DNA of 64,000 nucleotides from an uncultured Verrucomicrobiota bacterium (GTDB lineage Bacteria; Verrucomicrobiota; Verrucomicrobiia; Verrucomicrobiales; V1-33). The stretch lies in contig OW818657.1 in assembly GCA_942492905.1 (NCBI GenBank), positions 6,157,511 through 6,221,510 of the forward strand, read 5' to 3'. The notes under the pieces were generated by a model, which searched no databases, was not told the DNA's origin, and saw only the letters and a list, made by a program, of their open reading frames with translations. The first letter of the stretch is position 1. Every line of letters starts with the position of its first letter. This document shows positions 63,968-64,000 of this stretch, piece after piece. The position numbers and the translations under genes were made by a program.

Positions 63968-64000
63968 GAGCGCGGCAGACGCTAATAGCAGCAAGCAGCC

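Overview
A 64-kb high-GC bacterial chromosome segment. Gene style, the HisD/AlaRS sequence flavour and the C-terminal domain of the giant secreted protein suggest Verrucomicrobiota (inference). The backbone is housekeeping: lysC, L,D-transpeptidase, bcp, alaS, eno-ftsB, ruvA, metF, hisG, xseA, phoD, LMW-PTP, a 6.7-kb metalloprotease/Calx-beta gene, blaI/blaR-like genes and a TPR-TPR-vWA cluster. The main feature is a ~20.6-kb integrative element (18009-38607) bounded by a 31-bp direct repeat of the 3' end of tRNA-Pro(TGG). It encodes a tyrosine integrase with paired arm-type repeats, an excisionase-like HTH, a primase-less DnaB_N/AAA helicase followed by a GGAAAC iteron array, and a lone terminase small subunit with no capsid, portal, TerL or tail genes. 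This is a phage-satellite (PICI-like) architecture. Its cargo is metal resistance: His-rich ORF-czcCBA-hisD-nreB and DUF1259 divergent from chrB-chrA. An intact histidinol dehydrogenase embedded in a Co/Zn/Cd/Ni efflux operon is unexpected. Also notable: a ~93-aa, ~45% GC in-frame cassette inside alaS, a REP doublet that supplies a stop codon, a VapBC module with an operator palindrome, an orphan circularly permuted ATP-grasp-like gene, and two frameshifted genes. Family assignments are from motif recognition only; no database searches were run.
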